A DNA stretch of 59,569 nt, counting the filler, from Squatina squatina (Eukaryota), in assembly GCA_031763465.1 (NCBI GenBank). It is 4 parts of 4 records of this genome, joined end to end, with 100 filler letters (N's around TTAATTAATTAA, not from the genome) between each part and the next. Parts side by side here need not be neighbours in the genome. Positions count along the whole stretch, not along the records: positions 14,666 to 29,958 come from JARFOE010000192.1; positions 30,059 to 45,049 come from JARFOE010000016.1; 2 more parts are not named here. One strand, given 5' to 3'. This document shows positions 25,325 through 37,234 of the stretch, piece by piece (position 1 is the first letter of the stretch; each line of letters begins with the position of its first letter). The position numbers were made by a program, and so were the translations under genes. The notes below the pieces were generated by a model. It saw only the letters and a program-made list of their open reading frames with translations. It was not told the origin of the DNA and ran no database searches.

Positions 25325-25452
25325 CTGCCTCACTCTATACACCATAAAAGAATCCCACAGCAGCCACATATTTAATCAAGCGTGAAGCTCCTCTTCCATA
25401 AACTTCATAACATCCTAGGCTCTGGTCACAGTTCAAATGAGAATAGCAGAAG
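25325..25452 (-). other. Candidate exon (128 nt)
   Basis: ttttctctcag|CTTCTGC...GAGGCAG|gtaagg on the minus strand. No homology recognised. Confidence 0.25.
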
Positions 25453-25659
25453 CTGAGAGAAAANNNNNNNNNNNNNNNNNNNNNNNNNNNNNNNNNNNNN
25501 NNNNNNNNNNNNNNNNNNNNNNNNNNNNNNNNNNNNNNNNNNNNNNNNNNNNNNNNNNNNNNNTACCTTACTGGGAATGGTTTTAAAGTAATGTCCCATT
25601 AATTTTTTTGATTTAAAATTTCTTAACAACTCTTACACTGGTAAAACCAAGCAGATACG

Positions 25660-25904
25660 CTAGGTTTTATCATGCGTAAAAAACTAAAAGATTTCCAGTG
25701 CAAGCTTTGCAAAAATCTCACAAATCTCAGCACTGGGAAACTGTTTTGCAGCCGAAACGTTGGATCTGTCAAGAAGAATCCTGACAGATTGCAAATGCCG
25801 GTTCTGCGGGCTTACGCTGAACAGCCTGATAACCGGCATTTGCGATGTCTCCCCGGGTGCGTGGGGACATTGTTCCCACCCGGGGAGATCGCAATTTCGG
25901 GCCC
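25660..25904. mobile_element. Non-autonomous DNA transposon end with three stem-loops
   Basis: Perfect inverted repeats of 8, 13 and 12 bp in series, ending GCAATTTCGGGCCC (terminus-like). Confidence 0.55.
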
Positions 25905-25911
25905 ATTAAAT

Positions 25912-26010
25912 AGAACCAGGAGCAGGCCATTCAGCCCTTCGCGCCTGTTCCGCCATTCAATAAAATCATGACTGATCTACCTCAACTCCACTTTCCCGCT
26001 TTATCCCCAA
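25912..26010 (-). mobile_element. CR1 3' tail
   Basis: GGAGCAGGCCATTCAGCCCTTCGCGCCTGTTCCGCCATTCAAT...CTACCTCAACTCCACTTTCCCGC. Reverse match to 55901-55998. Confidence 0.8.
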
Positions 26011-26054
26011 CACTTATATTCTCAACCTTCACCTGAAAGTGTGCCTTTACTCAC

Positions 26055-26273
26055 AAAGTGACATACACGCACCCAACTAAAGCCTTACATGGTATGCAAT
26101 TGTTTGTTTCGTGCACCTGTCTGACTGTTGACAGTGGGGTTGAACTGCACCTCATGGTCGCCAGAGGGCATTTACTTCTTGCAGCTGAAGTGATGCCAGA
26201 AAACACAGTGGATGCAACAATGCAAAAGGGATCCTCCGTAAAGGGTCCCAATTCAGTTTTCCATCCTCGACTG
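26055..26273 (-). other. Candidate exon (219 nt, open frame)
   Basis: ttttcctctgtgccag|CAGTCGA...CACTTT|gtgagta. Open frame SRGWKTELG...CVYVT. Confidence 0.22.
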
Positions 26274-27315
26274 CTGGCACAGAGGAAAATCTGGGCTTTA
26301 ATCATCTATATAAAATTAATTAAAAATGTTATGATTTACAGGAGGGAATTAGTTCTTACCAGAGTACGCTCATTAAATGGCATCAATAGTGAAAAAGGAG
26401 TAAGCAGAACTGTTTGGGTGAGGAAGGCAGAGATTTGGGACTAGCAGACAAAATATTCAGTAATCTAAATTGCTGTCAGGTGCTACCCAGCCCCCACTCT
26501 CAGGATAACTGCTCTCAGTGTCACACATAACTCTTGTGTTCTTAAACCAAGCTGAGACCTGACCCACAGAGACCTGTGGTTAAACTTGACTTGACCTACC
26601 CAATTGCCAGTAACTATGAGATAATGGCCTAGATTTCCCACCCTTTTATCACCCACTTTGTGGCAGATTTGGGTTGGCAACGAGAGCAAAATGAGTCAGG
26701 GAGGCCCAAGTGCTGAATTCCTGCCTGTTAAAAACCCCCATTGAAATTTCCCTCCGCCCACAATATGCACAACCTGCAGTATCGGTGCATTTCCTACCCT
26801 GCATGTAAATTTGGTTTAATTTTCTGTTTTCAGTAGAATGTTTCACTTCTTTCCTTTAATGCCGGTGGCCCACCTTTCTAAGTGAATGCCTGTGTAAAAG
26901 AAGCAGTGCTGGTTGCTAGGCAGCGGTAGCCAGGTAGAGCTATAGCTAAATGCCACCATCTGAGGATTTTTTGACAGTAAAACTTTGCTGCTCAGTACAT
27001 GTATTTGCTGCTTTGTGCAGCTCAACTTTGCGATTCGGTTCGGCATTGCTCCTGGTGTTGTGTACATTCATTTTTTTTCATCTGAATACATTCACCACAG
27101 GAGACGGTGGTGTTTCCCTTGCGCATTTCCTTTTATCCCTGTTGTGAGGAGGAAGAAGAGGCGGATTAGGAGGAACAATACAGAGATGCCAGGCTAATAA
27201 AGCACCATAGCTTGGNNNNNNNNNNNNNNNNNNNNNNNNNNNNNNNNNNNNNNNNNNNNNNNNNNNNNNNNNNNNNNNNNNNNNNNNNNNNNNNNNNNNN
27301 NNNNNNNNNNNNNNN

Positions 27316-27790
27316 TGGGCAAGCTATTGGAATCTATCATCACGGAGAACGAGACTGAGCACCTGGAAAAGTACGAGCTGATCAAAGAGAATCATCAGGG
27401 ATTTGTGAAGAGTCATGTCTAATTAATCCAGTTGAATGTTTTAAGAACATTACTGCCATGGAGAATAGAGGTGTGTCTATGGATGTTGTCGAAATAGACT
27501 TTCATAAGGCATTTGATCAGGTTCTACACAAGAGATTATCCAAAATGAAAGCGCAGTGTTGGAGGTAATCTTGCGACATGGGTTGATAATTAGTTGGGAG
27601 GTAGAAGGCATAGAGCAGGGATAAAAGAAGCATTTTCTGATTGGCCGGATGTGACAAGTGGTGTTCCTCAGGGATCTGTACTGGTGCCTCAGTTTTTCAC
27701 CATTATATATTTTTGGCTTGGATGAAGGAATAGAGTTGTATAATCAAGTTTGCAGATGACAGTTAGGAGGCATAGTAAGTTGTGTTGATG
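27316..27790 (+). mobile_element. CR1 LINE reverse transcriptase fragment (decayed)
   Basis: GKLLESII...QGFVK...MDVVEIDFHKAFDQV...VTSGVPQGSVLVPQFF...KFADD, with frameshifts. Confidence 0.92.
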
Positions 27791-28236
27791 GAAGTTACAA
27801 AAGGACTGTCCAGGTATTGAAATTCTAAAAAGGAATCTAGCCTCTTCTGAAATAAGTCTGCCAACACCCATCCTGAAAGTGTAAAAATCCAATTCTAAAA
27901 TAACCTAGGCAAAAATGTTTTGTAAAAAAGTATTGTTCAAGTGCAATTTTGATTTTACTCTCTGTGCAATGTAAATTTTTATAACTCAGTCATAACTTTC
28001 TGTCAGTTAGTTTATGTGGTCAGCCTCACTCATGAAATATATTGAAAGCAAATGTTGGCTATGAAGTAATTCTTTCGATAAATTATTCAGACCTCCAATT
28101 TTGTATATTATACAATTGAGGCACAATGCCAAAGACATCAGGTGTAGACATTCATCTGTAGTCACTTAAGCTAAAACAACTGCTACTTATTGAATAATAT
28201 ATTTATTCCATGCACATTTAGTATTTGCTTCACTCA

Positions 28237-28308
28237 AATAATACTTTTTCCAATGAATACTGTATAGACAATAATACTTTTTCCAATGAGTACTGTATAG
28301 ACAATAAT
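28237..28308. repeat. 33-bp tandem duplication
   Basis: AATAATACTTTTTCCAATGARTACTGTATAGAC x2 plus a partial copy. Confidence 0.95.
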
Positions 28309-28889
28309 TATGTACCTCTGTATCATGCCTTGCAAGCTTGGCACATTGTGAATTTGCTGGTTATTTGGCAGGAACAAAATAAAACTTCATAGGGGCAACC
28401 TTCTAACTTTGCACTTCCAGTATATTATTTTAAGTGGCCAGAAAATTGTGCGCAGTACCGCAATTTCCAATATGTAGCCTCAGNNNNNNNNNNNNNNNNN
28501 NNNNNNNNNNNNNNNNNNNNNNNNNNNNNNNNNNNNNNNNNNNNNNNNNNNNNNNNNNNNNNNNNNNNNNNNNNNNNNNNNNNTTCTTATGCATCGCCCC
28601 CCTCACCCCTTTTCTTCACCAAGGCACTGACAAGTTTCAGCTCAGAGTTGTCTCTCCTGAACCACCACTGCCTGGAATAATGGACAGCAGCAAAACCTCC
28701 TCCACGTTCTTCACTTTTAATCATTCAGTTCCCCGCATCTATGATTTTAGTTGATCCATTTTTGACAGGCACCGTGCAATCTGGGCCAGAAGGAATCTCA
28801 TTTCAAGTGTGTGTGTGTTTTTTTTTTAAACGAAGCATTTTTTCCGCACTCCGCTCCTTAAGGCACTGACTCATGTTCACTGGGATATG

Positions 28890-29600
28890 TCACAGATAAC
28901 ATAAACAGTAGGGGACCCGGGACAGATCCCTGTGAAACATCAGTCACCATCTCTTTTCAATATCCTTTGTTTTATGCCTTTCAACTGACTATTCTACTCA
29001 TGTGTGGGATCGATCTTAATTCATTGTACTATTATCTTTGGCTTTTATATAATGTTATCTGATACCTTATCAAATGTTTTGTTGAATATCCATTACATTT
29101 GCTTTATCCTCTCTGTTATTTCCTCAATTAAATTTGTCAGACATGACTTGCCTTCAATAAATCTGTACTGGCTGTTGCTAATTACTCAAAACCAGTCTAG
29201 GTGATTATTAAGTTTGTCTCGTATTGTAGCCTCTGGAAGATTACTGATGTTAGGCTGACAGGTCTATAGTTACTTGGTTTATCACTTTCTTTTTAAACAG
29301 ATGTTCTATTGGAAACCTTCCAGCCCTCTGGCTCAACTTCCATATCCAAGTATGTTTGAAAGATTGTGGTCAAGCCTCTGCTTTTTTTCTCTCCGCATTC
29401 TAGGATTCATGTCATTAGGGCCCAGTGCTTTTTCTATTTTGAATTTTGTTAATTTGTTTCAGTACGAATTCCTTACCTAGATGGTTCACCACCTCCATTT
29501 GCCATTTCATTCCTACCATCTTACTCTCTTGGAAAACCGAAGTACTAATTTAGTATCTCTGACATTCTTTTATCCTCCCTAAGATTTCCTTTTCCATCTT
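28890..29600 (-). mobile_element. CR1 LINE ORF2/RT fragment (decayed)
   Basis: Reverse reads KPSNYRPVSLTS, SQYRFIEGKSCLTNL, FNKTFDKV and VSQGSVPGPLLF. Confidence 0.85.
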
Positions 29601-29664
29601 GAGTTTAAATATTCTCTAACTTTTTGTGTGCTTATGCTATGTGCCAGTCTTTCTTCATACCCTA

Positions 29665-29740
29665 AAACTGCTGGTAATTTGAAATAAAAATGCAGGAAAA
29701 GCAGGTCAGGCAGCATCTGTGCAGAGAGAAACCGAGTTAG
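29665..29740 (-). mobile_element. Penelope-like terminal repeat fragment
   Basis: GCAGGTCAGGCAGCATCTGTGCAGAGAGAAACCGAGTTA. Truncated just before the ribozyme. Confidence 0.7.
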
Positions 29741-29958
29741 GTGATTTTTACCTAATACTTTAGGTGCGAAAGAGCCTCTGAGATGGGGTCTTAAACTGAA
29801 ATGCCGGTTTCCTTGGAATTTAGCACAAGATGCCATCTTGGTAAAGGAGTTGAAGCCAGTGCGAGGAAATGTTGCCAGGAGGCTTGTTAAACAGCTGATT
29901 GCCACTTACACTGCCTGCTAGCATTCACTTAGAGGCTGCAAGGCATTTTGGTGGCTTC

Positions 29959-30058
29959 NNNNNNNNNNNNNNNNNNNNNNNNNNNNNNNNNNNNNNNNNN
30001 NNTTAATTAATTAANNNNNNNNNNNNNNNNNNNNNNNNNNNNNNNNNNNNNNNNNNNN
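29959..30058. other. Artificial contig spacer (six-frame stop linker)
   Basis: 44 N + TTAATTAATTAA (30003-30014) + 44 N. Confidence 0.97.
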
Positions 30059-30240
30059 CCCTCAAGAAGGTGATGTTGAGTAATGGTCACCATTACTGAT
30101 ACTAGCTTTTTATTCCAGATTTATTCATTTAACTGAAATTAAATTCCCCCAGTTGCTGTGGTGAACTCATGTCTCTAAATCTTCAGTCCAGGCCTCTGGA
30201 TTATTAGTCCAGTGACGTAACCATGATGGTACCGTACACC
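30059..30240 (-). mobile_element. tRNA-derived SINE
   Basis: Reverse has a tRNA-like head (GGTTACGTCACTGGACTAATAATCCAGAGG). CCCTCAAGAAGGTG at 30059 resembles the LINE tail at 4620. Confidence 0.6.
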
Positions 30241-31184
30241 CATGGTGCACAACAGCAACTCTGGTCATTTTAAAGGTCCACATAGGATACAGAGTGGGAA
30301 CAATGTATTGTACTGGATTTTCTCCACACCATTCTGTCAATGGACAAGTGGATGCAGCCTTACAAGCTATGGACTCCAGTGCCACATTGATTTACCAGGC
30401 AGAAGGCTATCAGTGGGACTCCTTTCACTCACCACCATTAAAATAGGCAGCACTCCAGATGAACTTGTGCCAGCCACCGTCAAGACAGAAACTGTAATTT
30501 GCAACCATCTTAACACATGACCAATTATAACCTTGCAGAGTACTTAACATACCTACAGGTCATGAAGTGTTCAAAAACACAAACTTTGAATGCAAACAGT
30601 TAAAACTCCTCAGTTGCTTTTGTTCCCCCCTCGGATAGTGGCTGAATAATCACATTTTTCTGAAATTTATTAGTTTCTTCAGGAGTTGGGCTTGAACTGG
30701 CCAGAAGCCAGTAAATGGGAGCATTTGTTATGCTACTTTCCCCAGAAATAAATCTGGCAATAGAAGTGGAATGTAGAAAACAGATTGCAGCTGCTTAGAC
30801 AGCGTGCACTCAAACACCACAAAAATAACATTGAAAATGCAAAGTTACTCGTAACGCCTGTGTGGCTGCATGCAATAAACTTTACATATTCCATTAAGAT
30901 ATAGATGAAAGCAATGATCAAAGCTCTCAGATAGTTACATACGGAAACTAGCAACCATTTCTAAAGGCAGTGCATACTTTTAAAAAAAAGTTGTGAAAAT
31001 TCATCCAATTCACTGGAAATGTCTGTTTCCAATTTTGCGGAATTTCTCAGTAAATGGTAGTGTCCCCCACATTACCTTGAGGTACACTCCACATGTTCCC
31101 AGTGACTTAATACAGGCTCAAAACATTTTCTTTTAGCCAAGTACATGTAACAAGTAAAGAGTTCAGAACCATACTGCTTTCATC

Positions 31185-32690
31185 GGCAACAAGTAGCATT
31201 TATATAGCGTCTTTAACGTAGAAAAATATCCCAAGATGCTTCATAGAGATATAAGGAAAATTGACTCCAAGCCACAAATGCTTGGGTCNNNNNNNNNNNN
31301 NNNNNNNNNNNNNNNNNNNNNNNNNNNNNNNNNNNNNNNNNNNNNNNNNNNNNNNNNNNNNNNNNNNNNNNNNNNNNNNNNNNNNNNNAAAGATAACTTT
31401 TCAGCTAGTGCTTGGAGCCTTAAAGGCCTTGTGCCCATTTGGTGCCAGCTTGAACGGGAACTGAATTTTGCGCCCACATTTGGACGTCCAAAGTACATGT
31501 ACGCCCGTTTTGCGCTGATTTCGCGGCAAAAGTTTACCCGCGAATTGGGCGCCCACAGGGATTTAACTTGCAAGTCCAGAAGGTGGGGTCATAGGTGGCT
31601 GAAGGCATAAGCGCCGATGGTGGGATGAAGGGGTCGGTGGGTTCGGTGGGGGTCGGTGGATGGAGACGCACAATCGACCAGAGTCAGATGTGGAAAGTGT
31701 AGGGAGATCGGGGGTTGTAAGGCTTGAAAAAGTTACAGAGATACGGAGGAGCAAGGCTATGAAGGAATTTAAACACTGGGATGAGAATTTTAAATTTGAT
31801 GAGTTGGAGGACAAGGAGCCAATGTAGGACAGATGCGAGGGACAAGTGCAACCTGATGCAGGAAAGAAGAGTTTTGGATGAACTGAGGTTTATGGAGGGT
31901 AGGAGTTGAGAATGCTGAGATTATGAACATTTAAAATATCAATTTTAGTATGGCAGAGATAATATTCAACAATTTTCATTTATATAGTGTCTTTAATGTA
32001 AAGAACATCCTCAGATGACCTAAAGCTTAGTATAAAGATTGGATTTTGAGAAAGTTTAGAAGGGAACCCCAGAGAGCAGGAGAAGGTGGCTGAAGGATCT
32101 GCAGCTAATGGAAAAGAAAGACTTGCATTTATATAGCGCCCTTAACAACCTCAGAATGTCCCAAAGTGCTTTACAGCCAGCCAATCAAGTACTGTTTTTT
32201 GAAGTGGAGTCACTGTTGTAATGTAGGAAACATAACAGCCAATTTGGGCACAGCAAGGTCCCACAAACAATGGATAATGACCAGATAGCCTGTATTAGCA
32301 ATGTTGGTAGAGTGATAAATATTGGCCAGGACACCAGGGCTCCACTGCTCTAATTCAAGGTAGTGTCATGGAATCTTTTACATCCCAGAGAGTGCAGACA
32401 GGGCCTCAGTTTAATGTCTCATCCGAAAGACAACATCTCCGACAGTACAGCACTCCCTCAATGGTGGGGCTAAGGGAAGGGGAACACACAACACCAGAAT
32501 CAGCGGAACAGAATGTTCTAGGGGCAGAGCACAGACATATACAGCTCGAGGTGGTTACAGAGAAAGGATGGGGCAAGGCCATGGAGGGATTTAAAGCTAA
32601 GCATGAGATGCATTAAATTTAATGTGCTGCAGACAGGGAGCCATTATAGTTCACCGAGGACTGGGGTGATAGACGACTGGGACAATAGCA
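31185..32690 (-). mobile_element. Cluster of L2 LINE 3' fragments with nested MITE and SINE
   Basis: L2 tails (CATTTATATAGCGTCTTTAACGTA) and GGATGAGAATTTTAAATT..GGAGCCAATGTAG (the LHWL...FKIL-like block in reverse). CpG-rich insert at 31389-31560. Confidence 0.75.
32112..32459 (-). mobile_element. Deu-domain SINE (SacSINE1/AmnSINE1-like), 5'-truncated
   Basis: Reverse of the Deu core GAGGGAGTGCTG..CTGTCGGAG..GTCTTTCGGATGAGAC..TAAAC.GAGGCCC and GGTGTCCTGGCCAATATTTATC. L2-type tail, AATGG on both sides. Confidence 0.8.
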
Positions 32691-32998
32691 GCCACAAATG
32701 TGAAAAAAAAAGAGTAAAAAATATTGCTGTAGGTTTACAGTTCACAAACCAGTCAAGTGAATTAAAATTTTTTAGGTAACCTACTGTTCTGGATAATATT
32801 AATCCTGAAAAGGTTTCAAAGATTAATTTCTTTATAAGTAATTTTAATTGCTTGAACATAGGATGTTAGATTCTATAAATACATTTGTAACAAAAGTTAT
32901 ATTAAAATTTCACATTCATTAAAACGTGTTGCAACATGTTCATCAACTAAAAGATGAATTTTAAGTTATGATTGCAGACAAAGAAAACATCATCTTAC

Positions 32999-33075
32999 CT
33001 GCGAGGATCGTGAACTTCTACTGCAAACTTCTTTTCACGAAAGTATAAATTTTCAAGTTGTTTCCACTGGAAAAT
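32999..33075 (-). CDS. FRMD4B: FRMD4-family FERM C-lobe exon: IFQWKQLENLYFREKKFAVEVHDPR
   Basis: tttgctgtgtttgtag|ATTTTC...CCTCGCAG|gtaag, 77 nt, phase 0 to 2. Near-identical to recalled FRMD4B LFQWKQLENLYFREKKFAVEVHDPRR. Family is clear, paralog is tentative. Confidence 0.92.
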
Positions 33076-35214
33076 CTACAAACACAGCAAAAAGAGCAGA
33101 CATAAAAGGTACAAAGGTACTGTAATAATCCCACTGAATAAAAAGGAACTCTGCATGGTTAGGAGGAAAAAAAAAAGGTACACCATTTGATATAATTGAA
33201 TGACTGGAAGTCCTAAAACAGAACTGATCATTATCACAACTCTCCATTCAACAAATTGTCTGTGTTACTGTAAAGGTACAGCATGTACAATAACTTCCTT
33301 TTCCCAATTAATAGCACTTTCCCTTTTAACTTGCTCCATTGTCAACACACTATGCCAACTAGCTCTTGCAGTGGGGTCTAGTTACCATTTAAATCAGTAA
33401 CTTGTGTTCCATTCATGCACCATTTCAGTTGCTTTATGAAGTGAATAACTTTACAGAATCACCATGTGCATAATAAAACAAGCATTTTGTGAAACTTNNN
33501 NNNNNNNNNNNNNNNNNNNNNNNNNNNNNAAATATTTTTTCAACTTGACAATTTGAAAAAATGTAGCAAAAAAGCCGCAAGCAACTTCTTAAATCTTAAT
33601 CTTTGGACGTAGCAACTCCCTACCTATTACTTCCCGATACAAACTGTTGAGACTAATTGAAAACACACCATTGAGTACACAAAAGGCCCGATACACCACA
33701 GTCATTAATAAAAGATTATTTGCACTCGCAAATCAACTCACCAGTTACAAAGGGTAAAGTGTAACATATTTTCATGTGCATAGTTCTTTTTCACACAGCT
33801 CCTAGGAACCGCCGCCTGAGTTTAANNNNNNNNNNATCTGAAAGAAAAAAAAGATAGCTTAACATTTAAACATTAATTCACATTTTCTCTTTTCAGCTGT
33901 GAGCTACCCTGCTGTGTATTTTCAGCATTTTCTCTTCTTATTTCACACTGTATCTTTAACCTGGTTTCAGCTTTCCCCAAGTGAGTTTCAAGAATTTGTA
34001 CATTTCCTCCTCCCACCATCTATTCATGCCAACATTGTCAGCTATGTTAATAAAGTTACCTCCCAGAATCCACCCTCTTCCAAGGACGAAAGGAAAACAA
34101 GGGGAAAGGAATTCACCTGAGGTTTTATACTTTTCCTCAAGCACCCTAAAAGAGACACAATCGGAGGTTTTAAGAGGTGTAGGCTATGTCAATAGCAACA
34201 TTATAAAGGAGAATGGAATTGACACAGCAAAAGATTAACAGAACACCTGGCTCACATTGGAATTCCTTTCCTTGGTGAATGCTTGCATTCAAAAAATTCT
34301 TACTTGAGGCACTTTCAAGGAGATGTCATTTTAAGTCAGCTGTCTGTAACCAAACTTCTTGCCAAGCTGGTTCTGCAGGAAGTTAGGTAGAACACCAGTT
34401 TAATTATTACTTTCTTCAGCAACTTCACAGCTAAGTAAATATGCCTACTGTTGCTTTGTTAAAGGGGCAACAAGCTAGATTGATTTCACTGATACTGAAG
34501 TCAGAACTGCAGGGAACATACCTTGACATCAATAACAGATGGACAAACTGACAATGTTTTAACATACTGATTAGAACTAAGTAGCTTCAGTATGGGCCCA
34601 ATTTAAAAACAATTCAAACACACTTTTGTCACAGTTCTTTATAACATAGATCTGTTTTGAACAACTTCAAGCACATTCCCATAAATACATCCATTTTGGT
34701 CAACCATCTGACATGCTTGGAAACACATTTGTGTCTCTCCTAACCAAGTTTGCCCAATATGAAGTGTGTATTCTCTACCTGCAGGTGCTGATCCCACATA
34801 TCAAAATCCAGAGAGCCTAGGCAAAGATCGGCACAGCCAAGGTTTACGCACCCCAAAGTGTGTGCAGGGGTGCACTGAAATTAAGTACACAATGTACCAA
34901 CATGGAGGACTGGTAAGCTGCCTGAAGTTTTGTCCAGCCACAACCAGCCTACAGATCAGGCCACTGGGAGGTTATCTGGGTGTTGTGGGGGAAGAATCCC
35001 AAACCTGTGACACGGCTATCCAGNNNNNNNNNNNNNNNNNNNNNNNNNNNNNNNNNNNNNNNNNNNNNNNNNNNNNNNNNNNNNNNNNNNNNNNNNNNNN
35101 NNNNNNNNNNNNNNNNNNNNNNNCGAGCGGACAGTCACTTGTGACATTATGCTTATTTTGACTCACTCAGTTATCACATGTGCAGAAATACAATCTCCCT
35201 GCCTCCAGTTTTTT

Positions 35215-35485
35215 CCCCATACTGTCCCTGAACGAAGAGTGTTAACAGGACATTCAACTGTGGTGGGCATCACAACTGAGGCTAATACTCGCACATTTTT
35301 CACCAGGGTCAATGATCGGAAACACGAACCCCATTTGCTATTTCCCATACTGAGCCTAGGAGCATCAAGCCTAGGTGCAGCACCCCAGCTGAGATCAATA
35401 AATTCACAATAGACTTGGAATCAAAGTTGGGATCATATGTTCTGTACAGCTTAATAAATCACTGGTGCCTTTACCCACTAAGCAA
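35215..35485 (-). mobile_element. tRNA-derived SINE (family also at 36470, 37235 and 44185)
   Basis: Reverse match to the GCTGATCTCAG..GGGG..CCTAGG / TGTGATGCCC..GTTGAAT core. Confidence 0.6.
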
Positions 35486-35587
35486 TTGGATAGCTTTGTC
35501 GAAGTGTTTATTCTTATCAAATTAATTATTCTTTACTCTCCATGAGTTGCATACCGCCCGCGAACTGAGTAACAGATATGCACTTAC

Positions 35588-35653
35588 TTGACAATTGCTT
35601 GTCCTCTGCTGCGACCTTTCAGTTTTCTGTAATGGTTGATCACTCGATCTTCA
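35588..35653 (-). CDS. FRMD4B: FRMD4-family FERM central-lobe exon: (C)EDRVINHYRKLKGRSRGQAIV
   Basis: tgtttgtgcttgcag|TGAAGAT...ATTGTCAA|gtaagtg, 66 nt, phase 2 to 2. Matches CEDRVIEHY.K..G.TRGQA.V. Confidence 0.9.
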
Positions 35654-36469
35654 CTGCAAGCACAAACATAACATTTTAGTCCAGACCGAAAGGAAACTTC
35701 CAGTCAACACATTGCGTTTAACCATGGAGCCACTCACCATGTGTGGTTTGTCTAATTTGTTAATTTAATGAAAGCAATTCATCGGTTCTGCCCAATAAGC
35801 AAGTGGCTGCCCTGCAAAGCCATGCAGAAAATTGTGTCTGGCCAAATGTCACNNNNNNNNNNNNNNNNNNNNNNNNNNNNNNNNNNNNNNNNNNNNNNNN
35901 NNNNNNNNNNNNNNNNNNNNNNNNNNNNNNNNNNNNNNNNNNNNNNNNNNNNNNNNNNNNNNNNNNNNNNNNNNNNNNNNNNNNNNNNNNNNNNNNNNNN
36001 NNNNNNNNNNNNNNNNNNNNNNNNNNNNNNNNNNNNNNNNNNNNNNNNNNNNNNNNNNNNNNNNNNNNNNNNNNNNNNNNNNNNNCCAAAATGCTTTACA
36101 GCCAATGAAGTACTTTTGTAGTTTCTGTTGCAATGTAGGTAATTTTAAGATTTAAACCAATAGAAAAAGGTAATTTGGAAATGGAAAATTTGGATGATGG
36201 CATTTTCAATTAAGAACTATGAGGAACCTTGAATGAAAATTATTTTAGCCCCACTATCAACAGTAATGAACTTGCACACACCTGATTGCACTGGAAAATT
36301 AGATTCTCTTATCACTAGTACCGCAGTGGAGCATTTCACCACAGTAATTAATCACAATCTATTCACCAACCTGACAGATCACTACTTACACCATAAGCAG
36401 GGCATGTAATTTGTATAGATACAAAAGTTTGAATATCATCCATGGAACTCATTAAATTATTGCCATCCA

Positions 36470-36820
36470 GCTCTTCCCAATGGCCTAGCAAGTAAAGGCA
36501 CTGTCTAGTGTAGTCCAGAGCTAGAGACAAGTGATCAGGTGCAATTTGTAGTCTGCTGATTTAGCTGATCATAGTCAGAGCAGCAGTTAGGACATTGTCA
36601 TCCCCCTCGGTGCTGAGGGGGAAGGGGAATCAAATAAGCCAGGATTCACACTCCTCACTGCTGGGAAGCGCATGTGTGGCCAACAGGAGAACACAGTATT
36701 AGCCTTGACTGTGATTCTATCCATTGTTGAATAACCACAGACCTAAACTACCTTGCTCACATGAGGAATGTAATCTACACCAGCAGGAGTCAGTAGCTTC
36801 AGGGAAGGAGGGGAGAAAAT
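36470..36820 (+). mobile_element. tRNA-derived SINE
   Basis: TGGCCTAG..GTAAAGGCACTG head, TTAGCTGATC, GACTGTGAT..GTTGAATA core shared with other copies. Confidence 0.6.
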
Positions 36821-37014
36821 TGAAACCAGAAAAAGTAGTTTTAAATTAGTTGCTGGTTAAAAAATTAACCTCCACTTTGGGCACGGTGTCCTGGAATATT
36901 TTGAAATTTGATATGATCCTGGAGCAGAGAAATTAAATTAAAATAGATAGATTGGATAGCAGAGACACAATGGGCCAAATGGCTTCCTTTTGCACTGACA
37001 TTTCTAGAATTCTG

Positions 37015-37225
37015 TGACAACAACTTGCATTTATGTAGCACCTTTAACATCCTGAGGTGCTTCACAGGAACATTTAGATAAAATTTGACACTGGGCCACA
37101 TAAGAATATTAGGACAGGTGACCTAAAGCTTGGTCAAAGATGTAGGTTTTAAGGAGGGCCTTAAAAAGGTGAGAGGTAGCGATGCACATAGTTTTAGGGA
37201 GGGAATTCCAGAGCTTAGGGCCTAG
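37015..37225 (-). mobile_element. L2 LINE 3' end
   Basis: ACAACAACTTGCATTTATGTAGCACCTTTAAC...GCTTGGTCAAAGA.GTAGGTTTTAAGGAG...GGAATTCCAGAGCTTAGGGCC. Reverse of 53672-54099. Confidence 0.85.
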
Positions 37226-37234
37226 TTGGGAAGT

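Noticed and set aside
28237-28308. 33-bp repeats as CRISPR-like
   Set aside because: Contiguous duplication without spacers, in eukaryotic DNA.
34522-34566. 45-nt minus-strand AG..GT segment (YVKTLSVCPSVIDVK) as the FRMD4 YGVHYY exon
   Set aside because: Wrong phase and length, and no motif match.
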